This document shows, one piece after another, positions 38,358 to 52,301 of a stretch of DNA of 64,000 nt. The notes below the pieces were generated by a model, which did not search any database, was not told the origin of the DNA, and worked only from the letters and a program-made list of their open reading frames with translations. Both the position numbers and the translations under genes were made by a program. This stretch comes from Phoronis australis. Taxonomy: Eukaryota > Animalia > Phoronida. The stretch is taken from NCBI GenBank assembly GCA_002633005.1, contig NMRA01000460.1, positions 239,653 through 303,652 of the forward strand. Reading direction: 5' to 3'. Each line of letters opens with the position of its first letter. Positions within the stretch are counted from its first letter, which is position 1.

Positions 38358-41256
38358 GGGGCTATTCGGAGAATTCTCCTCGCGGTGTCGCTGCTGTACT
38401 AGCGGTGATTGAATTGCGCATGCGTGGCTGTATGCATGTAAACAACTGGTGAAAGATGCCATTTTTATCAAAATACGTCGTCACGCTAAGCCTTATTACT
38501 GCTAATCTCCCAGGTGCAAGTCTTCGACAGGTGGCCACAAATTTCCAAAAGACCTAAGGTTACTATATTCGTGGACAATTGCGGTCAACAGGGTCAACTG
38601 ACTGACAAAAAGTGTGTGGATGCTGAAGCCCCGTGTGTGCTCTATGACTATGAAGTTCCATTCGGAGACTACACAACATTACTTGGTAAGTTTATAGCAA
38701 TCAGTTTCTATCAACATCGTTCGGTGATGTTATCCCCACCAGTTACCCCACTGAATAACAGTTTTATTGAGTGGAACTAAGTGTTTCTTTTTGGAAACTC
38801 ACCCGATGCCGGGTAGGCTAGCAGCACATATTCATATTGTCCTGGGTGGGAGTGCTCCCAAAATAGGAGGTGTATGGTACGTGATGCACAGAAGTCAAGA
38901 GTGACTTTTTCACAGCAGTTTCTCTTCAAAACTATGCTTTTTCCAATAAAATTATCTAGATGAGTGAGTTTCCTTATTTTATCGTGGACTCCACCCCCAG
39001 AACCACCAGCTCAGTTATCGAATTAACATGAATAAGCCTTAATTCAGTAAATGTCGTAACATTGCATTGGAAAAAAATTGACACCTAGAATGAATTTTAC
39101 TTATTGAGATCAGAAGCACATTTTAAGTGTCATGAAAAATACACATTGTTAAGTCACTTTTAGCCTGTTTCACATATTTTAATTCAGATATTAAATAAGA
39201 CTTGAGTACAAAGGTTATTAGTTTCTACACATAAACATGAAGATGAAATGTCAAGTGTGTTCTGCCTTACAAAAGTAGTTTTGTCTTGTCTTTTCTTTTA
39301 CAATTTGCTAATATTTCTATTCTGTTACAGGCAAGAAAAAACAACTGAAACCAACCGGCTGACCATCTATTTCACCGTTGGACAAAGTGAAAAGCAACCC
39401 TTTAGCAATAATCTGAGAGAATTGAACGTAATTCAGAAATTCAGCACCTGATATGCCTGATTATGGACTCCCTCGCAATGTTGTTTTTTTCTGTGCTTTT
39501 TCAGTTTGCCATTTCTTTTTAAATACACTGATAATTGTTTATTCTCGAATCTTGTGCATAGCAGATTCTTATCCAGCTAGCTACAATTGAAAACATACAA
39601 TAAGACACTCGATGAAGTCACTGAATGTCATTTCCCCATAATGTGTACCAAATTGAAAAGTTTTTACCAATAGTTTAAAGCCTTTCTTCTGAAAGGAAAA
39701 TTTAATGTCAATCAGCTTTTGGCTTTCATTTCACTGGGTTCTAGTTTCAATGGCCTATAGAATCGCTTGTAAAAAAGGTCCAGTTTCAACACGTGGCTTT
39801 CTTTCATGTAACCTCATTCAGCCTCAATAACATCCACAATTAGACCCTCGAAGGTAAACACAGCAGCATATCACTTGAATCGTTTTGAGCCCAAAATCAG
39901 ACTCTGAACTAGACCAGAGTGTGACTAGGTCTTCTTTAGCTTCAGTCCCTCATGTTTCTTCCAGGAAAGAAAATAAGCTATTGTCCACACACGACTCATT
40001 GCCTATGAAAGGGCATCCTCACCAACAAGGCTTATTTGTGTAGCAGTCAGATATAGTTCGTCTGAATACACAGACACTCCACTGGCACATTGTCTTATAG
40101 TAACTTAGTACTGCGATTCACATTTCTCCAGGGCCACTGACTTGCACATTGTGCCATGCAGCACTGCTAGTGCGTGGAAGTGCTGTGGGAAGAGAACGGA
40201 GTAACAAAGCTTGTCTATGATACAGCTCGAAGTGGCCTTAAAATGTCACTGAACCTGGAACAAATATTGAAATATGAATGATCATAGTACTAAAGATGTA
40301 CTAAAAATGTTATCCCTGTTTTTCAAAAATATATGGTGATTGGTCTACAGTTTCACGTAAAAGTAAATAATTACTATTTTCAGAAACCAAGGGTGTATAT
40401 AATGAGTATTGCATAAAACCGTGTCTTTATTTTTATCCCTACCCATAACAATTCTTTAAACGCATCACTCGTCTGTAAAATATACAAGTTTTTTTGAGAC
40501 AACTTCAAATCTTTGTTACCCATTTTCAAGCCTTTTTAATTTTGATACTTTCGGCAATTTTAAGCTCAGATTACAGGTTCATGGGTCTGTCAAGCATACT
40601 TCTAGCCTAAGGTTGCGTGAACCGTTTTTCTTCTAATAGAAGATATGAAGACTTGGGTCATTTAAATATGATGGATAATCTTTCTGTTGTTTAAGAGTAA
40701 TTACAAATCGTAAGGTACCATCAAAAATGTAATTTTCACAAAAATGGCAGTCATTTGAATTTATAACGACTTGCAACATTTCAAGGCATGAGTTAAGACT
40801 ATTCAGTCACTATGAATTCGGAAAATGTAATATATTTTCGTGGTTTTAGAAATGATACAAGCAGCAAAACAGTTTCATGAAATGAACTTGAAGGGACTTC
40901 GTGAAGGTTAAGAATTACTTCACCATGCTCTTTTCCCCAAACATTTATTACCTGTTATTTCCACACATTCAGTTGTACCAAATATTACAACCCCCCATGC
41001 CAATCCCCCCTCGGGACCTGAATAAGTAATTTAACAAAATGACTTTAAAAATAGCTGTTCCTTTTCAAAGGCTTTGTTCGTTGTCTCCAATATTGAAAGT
41101 AGGCTTTGACAACAGATCTGCACTGGATGGGAAGATCTTGTTGGTTAGCTGCAGTCAAATGCTAAAAACCAATTTTTGTCCATTCAGGGACGGTGCAGAA
41201 GCGATGCATATCTCCTCTGCACGGTACAAGCCTTCAAACCTAAAAACCAAAGGTTA
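38358..41256. mobile_element. ISL2EU-like DNA transposon remnant (THAP on +, YqaJ on -), right end in or beyond the gap
   Basis: AT|GGGGCTATTC start; spliced THAP remnant 38456-38685 plus 39331-39375 (C..GHKFPKD...SWTIAVNR...VCS...DY..TLLG|KKKQLKPTG*PSIF); YqaJ remnant 39601-41256 (ALAVLHG, ALEK, VFTFEGL, KLDLFYKRFYRP). Confidence 0.7.
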
Positions 41257-42197
41257 NNNNNNNNNNNNNNNNNNNNNNNNNNNNNNNNNNNNNNNNNNNN
41301 NNNNNNNNNNNNNNNNNNNNNNNNNNNNNNNNNNNNNNNNNNNNNNNNNNNNNNNNNNNNNNNNNNNNNNNNNNNNNNNNNNNNNNNNNNNNNNNNNNNN
41401 NNNNNNNNNNNNNNNNNNNNNNNNNNNNNNNNNNNNNNNNNNNNNNNNNNNNNNNNNNNNNNNNNNNNNNNNNNNNNNNNNNNNNNNNNNNNNNNNNNNN
41501 NNNNNNNNNNNNNNNNNNNNNNNNNNNNNNNNNNNNNNNNNNNNNNNNNNNNNNNNNNNNNNNNNNNNNNNNNNNNNNNNNNNNNNNNNNNNNNNNNNNN
41601 NNNNNNNNNNNNNNNNNNNNNNNNNNNNNNNNNNNNNNNNNNNNNNNNNNNNNNNNNNNNNNNNNNNNNNNNNNNNNNNNNNNNNNNNNNNNNNNNNNNN
41701 NNNNNNNNNNNNNNNNNNNNNNNNNNNNNNNNNNNNNNNNNNNNNNNNNNNNNNNNNNNNNNNNNNNNNNNNNNNNNNNNNNNNNNNNNNNNNNNNNNNN
41801 NNNNNNNNNNNNNNNNNNNNNNNNNNNNNNNNNNNNNNNNNNNNNNNNNNNNNNNNNNNNNNNNNNNNNNNNNNNNNNNNNNNNNNNNNNNNNNNNNNNN
41901 NNNNNNNNNNNNNNNNNNNNNNNNNNNNNNNNNNNNNNNNNNNNNNNNNNNNNNNNNNNNNNNNNNNNNNNNNNNNNNNNNNNNNNNNNNNNNNNNNNNN
42001 NNNNNNNNNNNNNNNNNNNNNNNNNNNNNNNNNNNNNNNNNNNNNNNNNNNNNNNNNNNNNNNNNNNNNNNNNNNNNNNNNNNNNNNNNNNNNNNNNNNN
42101 NNNNNNNNNNNNNNNNNNNNNNNNNNNNNNNNNNNNNNNNNNNNNNNNNNNNNNNNNNNNNNNNNNNNNNNNNNNNNNNNNNNNNNNNNNNNNNNNN
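41257..42197. other. Assembly gap (N run)
   Basis: Run of N. Confidence 1.
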
Positions 42198-43599
42198 AGC
42201 ACAAGTATGACTAGGGACAATAGACTATTTTAAATTTGTCCTGGTTTTGATGTCAACGGGGTGTCCTGTGTTAAACCTTTCCTGATTTATGTCATAAAAC
42301 TACGAAAACGCCTACTTTTTCAGACTCGGGCGTAATTTTTATGCTTTTACATGGGAAAAATATACGATCCTTCCGTTACTAGATGCACTGAACGGTGTAC
42401 CTGAACCGAAAACAATGAGGGTACTAAAGCAGTTTGCTAGCATTTCGTGCGGATGCAAAATTTCCTGCATGTCTTACGAATGCCAAAAATGAATACGTAC
42501 GTGAAGTTTTAAATGAATGTGAGAAGTAGAAATATTGATAAATCATCAACCACGATACATTTATTATATCCATGTCAAGATGGCATTAATTCACAGCGGT
42601 GTACCTACATGTATACCGAAAACAACGCTCGGGTACTAAAGCACTATGGAGTAGGAATATTGATGAATTATCAACCACCATGCATTCACCAAATCCATTT
42701 CAAGATGGCTTCATTTCACAGCGTGACTAAAAAATTTATAGCCTCTGCGCCTCAACCTCACTCAGCGTAACCATGCGCACGGTCGGCTCGAAACTAAATG
42801 TACTTAGTAGGATATCTTGTCCCTACCAGTCGTACGGATGGTGTCTCTGTTTGAGAATGAGTTGTGAGTTGGTTGAGAAACACTAGTGGCAGTGAGTGGA
42901 ACTGGACTCATTTGAAAAACATTGTAATCAATATTTTCATCCCTTGTTACCCTATGGTGTAGCCGCATCGCGCGTTTATTGCCGATGAATAACATAAAAC
43001 TTTCCCTAATCGTCTGCACGATCCTCAGTGACAACTACATGTATGCAAACACCACTCAGACGAAGTTGGCTGGTCACAGCCGATTATTACGTGCAGTGGT
43101 TTGAATCAGAAGTAAATTCAAAATTATTACTAACTTAGTTATCATTATACATGTAGTTAGCAGCACCAGTAGGTGCAACATTTTTGTTTTCATTGTCCAT
43201 CTATATCCTATCTTTAACGGTTACTGGGCTGGCGCGACCTTTTCTGCAAAGATTAAAGGGCTTTCAATCAAATCGAATCTCCCGCCAGGTACATAACAGG
43301 TTCGTATACCCTCAGTCCGAGGTGTACTTATGGTAGAATGGTGTCGGGAAAAACCAAGACAAAACGTAGTTTTGATCCTAAGGGAGTTGTATGTCTACAT
43401 GCATACGACCGTTGGCGTTGACTGAGAACGAATGCTACTGTCGCCTCAGGCCTCTGTGGTCATGAACACAGCAAATTGTGAAAAGAGATAAATCTCAACC
43501 CTAATTCCTTCTTTCAATTAATAAATTGATATTTCAATTCTTCGGTCCCATGCTAACGAAATGCTTTAACCACCGATTCTATCTTTGTTATCCAGAGTC

Positions 43600-43915
43600 T
43601 AGTGGCGGATTTAAGGGGGGGGGTTGCAAGGGGGCCATGCCCCCTAAAATTCTACGTACCAGATCACATTTGTGAGTTTGGGTGCGAACTGCCGACTAGC
43701 ACATGCGCGCAACCAGGGGGGCTTGGGGCTGAATAAACAACGCACAGGCCCTGAACAAATCCCGTTTACCTTTTTTAAGTCAGCAGGTCCGCAAACCCAA
43801 GAATTCAAGACCCCTACATCCCCAGATTTTAGGCTGGACGCGCGCATCTGCCGAAATGCTGCTCATTCTTGTGTCCTGACCCCCTCCCTAACTCAAAATC
43901 CTGGATCTGCCCCTG
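43600..43915. mobile_element. hAT-like MITE
   Basis: TAGTGGCGGATTTAAGGGGGG...AAAATCCTGGATCTGCCCCTG ends, G/C-tract subterminal repeats; TSD not clear. Confidence 0.55.
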
Positions 43916-46425
43916 ATTTCTTACTTGGTTGCGTATCAGTCTCCCAGCACGTGACGTATCAGGCTATGTGTGAAACAATGAACTATGACCTATTTACACG
44001 TAAAAGTAGGTCAAATGGTCGCAAACAGCAGCAGCTAGCTGGGAACGGTACGTTTTTAGTGATAATTAAGTTAATTGCGCACTGAAAAATCAGTTGACAT
44101 TGCGAGTGAATGTTGAAAGAGCGAAAATATTTAAGGCTTGTATAGGTTATGTGTACCGAAAACAAGGTTTTACCGAATAATTATTAAGCGAAGATTTTCA
44201 TTTGTCCCAGTTTAATCGGCTATTTTCGGCTTCGGCAAATCGACTTCATTTGAACTAAGGAACACGAGTTCTCGAAAACGGCACGGTGGATTTTACTGAA
44301 ACCTTTGCAATTTAATGTTTACTCATCACTCTCAAAAACGCTGCGTAATGTAACAAAGACAAATACGACTTCCGTTCTTTACAAAGATAACTCACGTTTT
44401 GCGAGTTGATTTGTCACAGAAACCAAACGAAAAGACTAATCGAAAATTCTTAAGAGCGTTTTTGAGGTAACCGGTGAAGTTTTCATTCACAAAAGTTTTA
44501 TTAAAATCGACCGAGGGGTTATTTGCTATGAATTTACATGTACCTTTCTTAAAAACTAAAATTTTGACTTAAAACGATTTTTACGTAAAAATAATAATGA
44601 CACATCAATACAAAAAGTATTTTCATATTTCCTAATCTTTTTTATTTCAGAAAATAGATTATTCTGCTAGTTGACAAAGCTTAGTTTTTTGATATACGAT
44701 TTAGAATAGAGGCCACTAAATAAGGTTGGAGATAACCTTAAAAGTGAACAGGCCTTCTGTACACGTGGTAGCACTTAGAATGACTGTTGCTTTGCACTGA
44801 TAAAAAATCGATGCAATAAGACAATTAAACAGGAAATAAACACAATATGTGCAGTTTTATCAAAAAAAAAAGCATTTTAAAAAATAACTACATAACAATT
44901 GTGATTGTGTTTAAAATTATACAACATGCCCATTTCAATGGTTGTAGTTGTATCTCACCAGTAAGTATTTTTTCATTCCATACTTGTTTTGCATTCAGCA
45001 CACATTGCGTTAAAACTGGTTTTCACAGTCAGCTAAACAGTCAGCTACCAACCAATTAAACCGGTTTCATATGAAATGAAATCACGGTCAAAGCTAAAAT
45101 AAACAAAATTTACATCAAAACGTATTGCAAACGTTTTTAGAACAACCTTTCAGCTTTTCAAACAATTACGAAAACTGCGCCCATGAGTTAACTTTTATAA
45201 AAAATTACGAAATGGACCCATGTGCCTGCTTTTGGATGAGTCTATTCTCGGAAAGTTCCAGTTTTGACTCATGTGAATCAAATGTCACACAATCAGAGCC
45301 TGTGTTAGCCGATAATTTCGAATAAACGAAAAAAGTTTGATATCTAACACTATGAGTTGAATTACAAGGACTTTATAGGACTTTTAACAGAGAATAATCA
45401 CAACTGAACACGTTAATGACTACGGTAATTCGCAATTTTGAGGTTGGCAATTCACTAAACAGTGATCGGTGATAATTATGAGTGATTGCGATATGTATTT
45501 GCTTCCAACATGACTTAGCCATCAAAACTTGACATGAAGCATGTAATATCGAATTTTGTTTGTTGTCCTCACTGACATGAGTCTGGGTCACCTTTCAAAT
45601 TAAGTGGCGCCTGACGTGATATCAGTCTACCGCCAAATAGCGGATTTTCGAAATAGCCGTGCTATATTGAAATTCACCATTCCACCACACAACGATCAGG
45701 TCTTTGTTGGACAGTCGTTTAGCGCCACCTACAGTTCCTATGTAATGCGAACGGAAAATTTCAACACCTTTCTCGCTACCATAATGCTGACAAATTTTCA
45801 TTGATGTGCGGTGGGATGTACATGTATTAAGGAGTGACGGAACAGGGCGAACCTCTTGAAATATCCATGGATGAAGGACATCGTGTCTCATACATTCCCA
45901 CTGCGAAGAAGAATCCGCGACTGCATAGTCAGTGTTTGCGATTGATAGAATTAATGAGTGGTAAACTTTCTATTCCAACTTAAGCTCACATAGAATGGAA
46001 GGATTTTTTGAATTAATGAACCACTTTATACCATTGAGCTTCTGTGAACCGAATCTTAGTTGCCGTCAAGCGGAAGTCGATTTCTCGCCCTACGCTAGCA
46101 AGCGCAAAATATGAAAATCCGTAGCGCCCCATAAATGCCTTTAGAAACAAATGGTACAAGTACGCCATGCTCATGTAAGTGACGTGCTAAACAATCTTTT
46201 CGTACACCAACCAATCATTGTTCTGTTATCACTTAGACACTCGGGTAAATCCTAGTGAAGGTCCACGTTCGGTGGCCAGTTTTGGTGAAAAATGAAGTTT
46301 GTCATCTTACTTTAAAAGTTGGGTTATTTTAAAGAGCCACCATTCCAGGTTTGTAATCTAAAATACTTTTGCACAAGAATCACCGAATAAAATGTTATGG
46401 GCTGATGAATCACAGTTGTACAAAA

Positions 46426-47572
46426 GGGTACGTACACTTCAACCTGTTGCCAGAAGCAATCCACTTTTACGGTGCGAAAAAACATAAGGTAGCTAGTAAT
46501 TTATGTTTTTCACCATTAAATTGAATAATAAGGACATACTAAAGTAAGAAATTAATTATCGTGCTGGTCAAGTCCTTCTAGATAATGGTGTATATTTTAA
46601 CACAGTATAATGAGATCTTCTTCTCTTCCAAAATAAATCTTACAAAAACAAAACAATAAGTAACTACTTTTTCAAAAACTTAATTGGTGCTATTTGCCTA
46701 GTTTTCAATACATTCGCCAGTTGGTCAAAATAGTTAAAGCAACTCTTGGCCCAGTGTTTAACTTGTAAACACTAAAAAACTTCTACTTACCATTGGGGGT
46801 GTACACTACGTATTTAACTACAGTCAATCAGTATCAAATTTTGGGTAAATTACAAACGTCTCGGGTTGCCTCTAGTTTTACGCTATCACTACGTGTTGGT
46901 CTGTCGCAAGATGTCTTGAAAGATAGAGCAAAATGAGTCACATGACGTGTCTTCAAGCATGTTACTGGCCAAAGCTCGTGTGGCATTAAATTTGATAATA
47001 GTCACTGTTTTTGTCAGACTGGATGCATTTAGGATGTACCAGTATTTTTCATTAGAACAGCAATACGTGTATGTAAAGGTACCCGCAGGAAACATTTTCT
47101 TGCACAGAGGTTGGCGGTAAATACACTACACAGGCCACGTACACTACATTTCAATGACACGCCAGGTTCATTAACTAAATACTTAGAATTTACTGAAAGT
47201 TAATTCAATAACCAAATGTGTTCAAAGAAAACAAATAAAACGCAAAGCATTCATGTTCATATCAGTCGTTTTTTGAAAATAGGCCCATGTTAAAATATAG
47301 GGATACGTACACTACACAAAAGTTAATCTTTCACGAGAAACAAAATTATGTGCAATAAACATCATTTTAACTTATAATTTAAGGGAGGAAACTGTCTGTG
47401 TCTGCTCACTTATGAAGTAATAATTTACTTTCATGGTACTTGTTAACATCGGGGTACGTACACTACAAAAAGGGGTATATATACTGCACCTTGCTGTTGT
47501 TTAAAGGCAACAATTACATTTGTAATAACCATATATGTTACTGAATTTCATTTGGGGGTACGTGTGTTACCT
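46426..47572. repeat. Cluster of GGGGTACGTACACTAC motifs (probable DNA-transposon subterminal repeats)
   Basis: About 6-7 dispersed copies (46426, 46795, 47135, 47300, 47451, 47471, 47555). Confidence 0.5.
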
Positions 47573-50550
47573 TCTGTTAGCGTTTTGGCTCTTTTTCAAC
47601 ATAGCAGAACCCACTTAATATCCAAATATTTGGTTCGTTTAGATATTGAATAATTTGCTGTTCTGCCTAGGTAAACATATTCTGCAGTTATTTTTATTAT
47701 GTAGTTTTAACTTTATTTTTCAATCTTCTCTACTGTAGATGTAATTCTTTTTTATTTGCACAACTAAATAACACTTTGCATATGAGATCCAGTTGGGATT
47801 TGGTACCTGTAAGTGACCAGAAATTTTTATGTTAGCCCCTAACACAGTCAACTCTCCTATATGGACCTTGATTAAGATTTATCCGAGTGATAAAGGCCCA
47901 CAAGTCGGGTTTTAGTTATAATAGTAATAACACCGTTATACAACGTCATTTTGCACAACATAAAGTTGACTTTCGTCACTGGCAAAAAGTTGACAAAACA
48001 CAAGTTTAATGTTGAATACAAGTGAAATTTCTATAACTATTTACTAATGCAAAACAGACAAAGCTATAACGCATGCGCAGCTACGAAAATTTAAAGGTTA
48101 TGGACAGTAAGCAAAAATTCACGATAGAGCTACCGCTTCTAAAATTGAAGAAAAAAAATCCGATGACACCGCATGAAACCTAGGCCTGTAGCATTCTGAA
48201 GATAGAGAATTTTGTGTAATGTTAATATGTTATTTATACCATGGCATCAGTATCAGTTAAGTGGGCTTGCTAGAATAACTGGGTCCCGGGAGTAAAATCA
48301 CGTTGTTTTCCTTGTGTCCCCTTCCCTTTTATGGCCCCCTTCTCTTTGACCTCTTCTCTGCCTAAGTCGACTGTTCCCCTTGTAGCAACACCAATGTTAA
48401 CTGTACCCATTGATAGTTGTCTTTGCGCTTTACGTTTGCTTTAAGTGTTTCAGATCTCAGTTATATTACACCGTGTAAACTTTTCACAACACTTAACATG
48501 TGCAGGCTACACAGGCATTTACATAAGAACTCCAGGAAGTACGCTGGCTAAGAGAGGTCAAGCGTCCGTCATTAAAGGATGTCTGAGAGTGAAGATCTGC
48601 ATGAACTTGACCCATGAATGTCAATGACCCCCAGACCGTTAACTCGAAGTCAACAGGCGTGCAACGGCAGCAAATGTTGCCTAACCGATAAAGAGAAAAT
48701 ACCACGACTCCACGGAACACCCGATACTATTTTTAAAGTCGCCTGTACATAGTATACTGATGTGTACATAAAGTAACGCGGCATAACAATATCTTTATCT
48801 TATTCCTGAACGGTCAGTACATGCCACTGTTAAAAAACAAACCAACAACACTTGATCACTGCTTGCCAACATCTCACTCAAAAAACACACGAATAAGAAG
48901 TCTGCGCCAGGGTTCTAATCTTTTTACTGGAAATGGAACTCGAAACAATGTTTGTCATTTTCTACTCTACTTTTGTGCAAACTCTATTATTCTGTGCTCG
49001 AGTATACGATGACTTACTTGGATATTTTTTAGTCCTAGTTTGCTGTTGATAAAGCCAACATTGAGGCTAAAAGTTCGCGTTTCATCTCAAAATTTCGAGT
49101 TTTCACTCGAGATTGTAGCACGGATATCATGGTTATCAAGTGCACAATTGGACTAGAAATTCGTATACGTAAACCATAATGTATTCGGACAGGGTAATAA
49201 CCACTTCTGCACGAAAGTAGCAGAGAAACTGCCAAAAATAATTTCGAGTTCGTTTCGAGTACAAAGGTTAGATTACGGGCCCTGGTTTATAAGTGCATGC
49301 CTGTTGTGTTCATTGTTTTTTGTGATTTCAATTTCCTGTTTGCTGTGTTTAACGGATGCCCCTGACACCCTAATTCGACAATTCCACAGGTATGTTCATA
49401 CATGTAGTGCGGATGCTTAGCAGGATTTGCAAGACTGTTCCTGTAAGAAATACTAACAGGCATGAAAAAATTGAGGTGCTTCACCTCAGAGGACATTTCA
49501 GGCACACATGGTGTACGTGTTTGGGATAATAGTGTATCACGTTCAAAATTCAATTGAAAACAAGTACATGTACGCATGAGAAACAATCACTTCACCGTCA
49601 ACCGTTCTTATCACCTTACTGATCCACTCGAGTCTATACGACTGTTATCATTAAGTCAAATAGACGAGTGACAACCTTAAAGATGAAGAACGTCCCTACT
49701 CTTTCGAGTTATTTGAGAGAACAAAATAGTCAAAGAAAAGTAGGTACAGACGAGGTGTCAATTCCACAATTTCCAAGAGCTCTAATTTATCCCAGCTGGG
49801 AATGTTTCAGTGATTTTCTTACAGTTCAATAGCGTTTTCAACTCGGCTGATGGAACTTTAATTAGAGCGGTGTCAGTGACAAAATTATGATTTTCACACA
49901 TTATCGAGATTGATTTTTTCATTAGTGTGGATAATTGTTCTTTCATGCTGAATCATAATTATTACCATTAAAACCATTTGCAACAAACACTGTGACCAAT
50001 TACAAATGGGCTTTGTTTAATTCCTTCTCGACCACATGCGATTTCCCAAGTTTAAAGTCGCCCTTAGCAAATAATACAATAGTGTTAAGCTGAATCCTTA
50101 ACCTTTATTTCAGTCTTCAATGAGCGCAGATATCGCCATCTCAATTTTAACAACTTTATAATTTAAACGCTTCTGGCAGCTACAACATTTGATGTGATTG
50201 CTTTGTACAAGATGTACATGTAATAAGTTGGGATTTGTAAACAAGCTCAAGTTACCGATCAGTGGCGTTTCAATAAAGGGAAATCCTTCACAAAGGGCAA
50301 GACATTTTGAAACTTGTCTGCTTGACGGCTAACAGTCTTCACCAGAACAGAACGTTTTTCTAGGTGATTGTCATTGTGATGACTATCAATGCCAACCAAC
50401 GAATGGAACTGCTTTGTGAATCAAGTTGCCTGACCAATCAAATTGCTTGATGTAATAAACAACGTGGTCAGGAACAGTGCCACCCTCGACCAATATTCTT
50501 TAGGTCTTAGATCACTGTTGCTCTAAGTTTAGTTAACCGTAAGCTCCAGA

Positions 50551-50619
50551 ATGTTGCGTACGGTGTTTTTGGTTGCTGGGATGCTGCACATTTGTAGTTC
50601 TGTGGAACTTTACGAAGAC
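50551..50619 (+). CDS. Gene B (astacin-like metalloprotease) first coding exon: signal peptide
   Basis: ATG...GAC|gtaagt, phase 0; MLRTVFLVAGMLHICSS-VELYED hydrophobic signal; phase-compatible with the exon at 53867. Confidence 0.8.
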
Positions 50620-51331
50620 GTAAGTACCATGAGGTTCTAAGTGCCTGTTCTCACAAAGCTTTCTCTTGATCCACGAATGGAAAGGAGTTGCAAGACATTC
50701 ACATACTTGTAGCAATTTCTAGATACACAGGCATACATTGTTCAGTACAACTGGTGATTGAGTGAGTTATCAATCTGCTATTCATGACTTCGTGCATGTT
50801 AGTAAATGTAGTCTGCAATAGATGGCCCTGTGGGGGTTGCTGGATACCTCATCGTGTATACATTTATCGACGAATGTTGTCTCATCTTCAACTCATCAAA
50901 GTGGAGTTCATGTAACAGCAAAGGGATGATGTAGAGACATTAACAGCGTTAATCAAAAGTGTAGTTATTTTAATTTCGTTATGCTAAGCATTACACGCGC
51001 AAGTAAACAACATATTTCTGCTGATGCAGAAAACGTTATATTTTCCTACTATGGGAACTCGCTATAGGCAGCAGGGATTATATTTTCTCCAAGGCTACTG
51101 CTTACGTTGAGTTCTCTACAACATTGTACTTGTCTGTCAGGAAACATTTCCCCTCACGAGAGAAGCGTTCAAACCTTTTCCCTGTCATTTCTATGGCAAC
51201 AATCTCACCAGCACAGGTCTGCGCTTATTGTACTAATGTGTGCCATTGTATACCCACATGGTCAGGGTTCCATTGAAACACTTCAATAGTTTCTTTAAGT
51301 TCTTGCAGATCAACACAGTAGGTTACTTTAA

Positions 51332-52301
51332 AGTGTACACAACATGACTCTTGTACCTCAAAATTAATTTTATTATTATATCTTACTAGATTTCAGTGCC
51401 TTTAGTGCACAGCTCATAAAGAAACACGCAAAAAATTGAAAAAAATAATAATTATGTACAACGTCATGGGTTGAACCCAAGTCGTTCGCCATACTGTTCG
51501 GATCAGAGAGTTATGCAAAGTGTATTGAGTGAAGAGAAAGCAAAATACATTTAGCGTCGAGAAGGTTCGTAGAGGGATCAAAAGATGTGTTTCCGGAGGC
51601 TGCAGCAACAGTAGCCAGGCGGAGAACGTCTCGGTGTTCCGAGGGATACCACAGTTGCGCAGAAGTGGCATCGCTTCGTGCGCCGAACGAGAGTGTGGGA
51701 CGTCATCGTGGACCAAGCGATTCGGTCCGGGGCCACTTTGTGTTCTGCCCACTTTGAGGACTCGCGTTCTGACTCCAGTCACAGGAGACGTTACGATGAA
51801 GGCCTGGTTCAATAAAGGACAGTATTTATCATTCAGAAACATCAGCTCTTAGTTCAGGATCGTCTGTTGGAAGACTGGGTTGACTCGCCGAGCCCGAGGC
51901 CGCTTCTCTCGCGGGAGGATCCAGTTCGTAAGGCTCAAAGTAGAAAAGTACGGAACCGGAAGCACATTCAACTTATTCTCGCTTTCGTGCAATCCCCTTT
52001 CCTCATCCTGGCCACCATTCCCGTACGTTTCTTCATAGTATTCGTTCAATTTTTGCTCATAATCGTCGTCGCTTTCAAATTCCCTGCTTTCCACCATTGT
52101 TCAATGCTAGTCACTAATCTCTTGTATTCAACCCATGACGTCACATGGCGGGAAATGTGAAAATTGGCAAAATTGAAAGAAAAATCAAAATTTCGAGCTA
52201 ATTACACAAAATAAACATGGGTTTAGCTAAATTTTACGTCATACATTTAGTTTGTGGCCACCGGTAATTCAAAATGTGGAAAAATCCATGGTGTGTACTG
52301 T
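51332..52301. mobile_element. Kolobok non-autonomous element in gene B intron 1
   Basis: TTAA|AGTGTACACAACATG...CATGGTGTGTACTGT|TTAA; THAP remnant on + (RCVSGGCSN...KWHRFVRRTR...LCSAHFED); acidic ORF with PY-FEP motif converging on -. Confidence 0.8.

Noticed and set aside
38514-38780. ORF MQVFDRWPQ... as a host gene exon
   Set aside because: A different frame gives a clear, disabled THAP domain of a transposon
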